DNA of 64,000 bases from Macrostomum lignano (Eukaryota), in NCBI GenBank assembly GCA_002269645.1, contig NIVC01001007.1:310001-374000 (forward strand), written 5' to 3'. Below the pieces are notes generated by a model. The model was not told the origin of the DNA. It ran no database searches and was given only the letters and a program-made list of their open reading frames with translations. A program made the position numbers and the translations under genes. The first letter of the stretch is position 1; each line of letters starts with the position of its first letter. Shown piece after piece: positions 62,063 to 64,000 of this stretch.

Positions 62063-62725
62063 CTCAGCAACATTGAAAGTTTCCACCCTAGCGCGCGAAG
62101 GGTCAACGTTTTGGTGGGTGGAGATCTTTGTGGTTTGAGCCATAGACAAATATATAATCCGGATTCGAACGAAGCAAAGGAACAGCAAAGAGCAAGTGCA
62201 CTCCAACCGATGCAGGGCTACATTCCTGTTACTAGGCAGTGCTGTCGGATTCGCCTTCAAAGGAGTCGTCAAAGGAGTGAGCACCACGCTGCTCGTTTCT
62301 CTGCACTTGATCTGCAGTTTGCGGATTGCTGTGTGCGACCGCCCAATTTGGCTAGCAACAGCTCGGATGGACATCCAGCGTCCAGCATGCCAATGGCCCG
62401 CGCTCGTATCAGGTCGGTCATTTGGCGAACCATTGCGTTCGGTTGCGAACGTGGATTTTAGACTCCTTTAAGCAGCTGCTGTCTGCTCCATGTGACTGTT
62501 TCCTTCGAGCTGTCTGGCGTCATGACCCAAGTTTTTGTCTATGGCCCAAGTGCGTGTTGACGAAATCATCAATCGTCTATGGCACTTGACGAAATCATCA
62601 ATCGTCTATGGCACAAGTGCGTGTTGACGAAATCATCAATCGTCTATGGCACAAGTCTGGCGACAAAAACCATTTTTGAAACTGGCTGGCGCGAGGGTGG
62701 AAACTTTTCAATGTTGCTGAGTGTA
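62063..62725 (-). mobile_element. Internally deleted Tc1/mariner element with a transposase N-terminal HTH remnant
   Basis: TIRs 62063-62094 and 62689-62725 (TACACTCAGCAACATTGAAAAGTTTCCACCC); from ATG 62433, MVRQMTDLIRARAIGMLDAG / MSIRAVASQIGRSHTAIRKL..CRETSSV with one frameshift. Confidence 0.8.
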
Positions 62726-63090
62726 GAGCCGGGGTAGACCAGCTCAGCGGTAAAAGCGTCCGACCCTTCGCGGCCACATTCATTTGGGGCTTGTGTGTGC
62801 AAGAAGGGGGAGTTTGTCCTGCGATTTACAGCCACGAGGACCAAAGACCACCCTGTGGAACATTATATATTAGACTATGATTTAAAATACGAGATCCTTT
62901 AACGAGCTAGTGGAGAAAAAGTTAAAACAGCATAAAATATTGTAAATTACAGCTTGCGGCTGCATGAAAGTCATTTAATTAGGGTTAGGACATAAATGGT
63001 AAAGTTTTTAACATTGACAGAGAAAGAACATTGCTAGTAGAACTAATTATACAGCTTTGATGGCCTTTCCAGATAACTTTTGACAACCAA

Positions 63091-63281
63091 ACTGACTATC
63101 CTCAATACGCTGCCTGCGAGGGGCCCCGGCTGCGTGTTGCCCTAGTTTATGAACCATAGACTGCAAGTGATAAAAAGCTACCCACATTGAGAATCGATCG
63201 TTTTATTACTTTCCATGGTTCATAGACTATGGCAAGAAGCAGCCAAGACCCCTCGCAGGCAGCGTATGCAGGATTCTCAGT
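63091..63281. mobile_element. Foldback/MITE of about 190 bp with imperfect arms of about 60 bp
   Basis: ATACGCTGCCTGCGAGGGG (63105) is the exact reverse complement of CCCCTCGCAGGCAGCGTAT (63249); pairing extends imperfectly to 63157/63215. Confidence 0.7.
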
Positions 63282-63700
63282 TAGGCTGACAAAAGCTATA
63301 GTAGCGTTGTATGTTGGCAAAGCACTACCGGGTGAGGATTTACCATAGACATTCTCGGCTTTTTGTACGGAAATTTAATCTCGAATTATCTGCAGTTAAA
63401 GGACCCACTCCATCCATTTAGATAGAATAATTGCCATCCCAGTGGTCTGCTTTCCCAAATTGATTCTAATTACTCAGCCACAAAATTAGTACATAAAAAT
63501 TTATATTAATGCACGTTAGTAGCTATATGGGTTAAAGATTTTTGTAAAAATCTAGTTACAAAATTGCGTAGAACAATATCTCTAGCATGGAAAACTGTAG
63601 TAGTCTTAAAATCGTAGAAAGACCCTGGCCTACACTCGCCAGTTCGCAATTCATATATTTTTTTTACAAATAGTTGTATCAAAATCAAATGAAAACGGTA

Positions 63701-64000
63701 CCCAGGCCAAGCAGCGTCCCGGAGTCACTTGCGTTGTCCCAGAGTCGTTTCAGATGACATGGGTAAAATTGGAAAGAAGAGACTCCAAACGACTCTAAAA
63801 CGACGAGATGTCACGGTACAAGTCGCCAAAAGTCAGCAAAGAGTTATGCAAGAGTCATTTTAAAGCAGCATTATATTGTCCGCGACTTTGGGGCAACGCA
63901 AGTGACCAGCTGGGACGCTTTTACGACTCTGGGGCCCCCGTAGAGTCGTATCTAGGGCGAGCTAGAGTCGTTTTAGAATCACTGAGTTGCGTCACATAGT
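63701..64000. mobile_element. Probable MITE with nested inverted repeats, truncated by the window end
   Basis: Starts CCCAG; 63713-63747 pairs with 63883-63919; GACTCTAAAACGAC pairs with GTCGTTTTAGAATC near 63967. Confidence 0.55.

Noticed and set aside
62979-62991. TTAGGGTTAGG as an interstitial telomere
   Set aside because: Fewer than two full units; expected by chance.

Overview
Eukaryotic (animal) genomic DNA with GT-AG introns. The GC-rich, poly-Q/poly-A exons and extreme minisatellite load resemble the flatworm Macrostomum (an inference from style, not proven). I reconstructed nine protein-coding genes by hand: an FAAH/amidase-like protein that seems to lack its catalytic triad (+), LSM11 (+), ADP-ribosylarginine hydrolase ADPRH (+), centlein (-), a WIP/verprolin family protein (-), a large AT-hook low-complexity protein (+), a protein with two degenerate KH-like domains (+), and two tandem PM20D2-like M20 peptidases (-). 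In my gene models all 18 introns longer than 300 bp carry a tandem repeat array, and the 5 array-free introns are 89-222 bp. Also present are several MITE/foldback elements (one carrying a 46-bp minisatellite), a Tc1 remnant, an RTE-like LINE fragment and tRNA-derived SINEs. Most long ORFs in the supplied track are translations of repeats. No CRISPR, rRNA or intact tRNA was found. Alignments to known proteins are from memory, not database searches.
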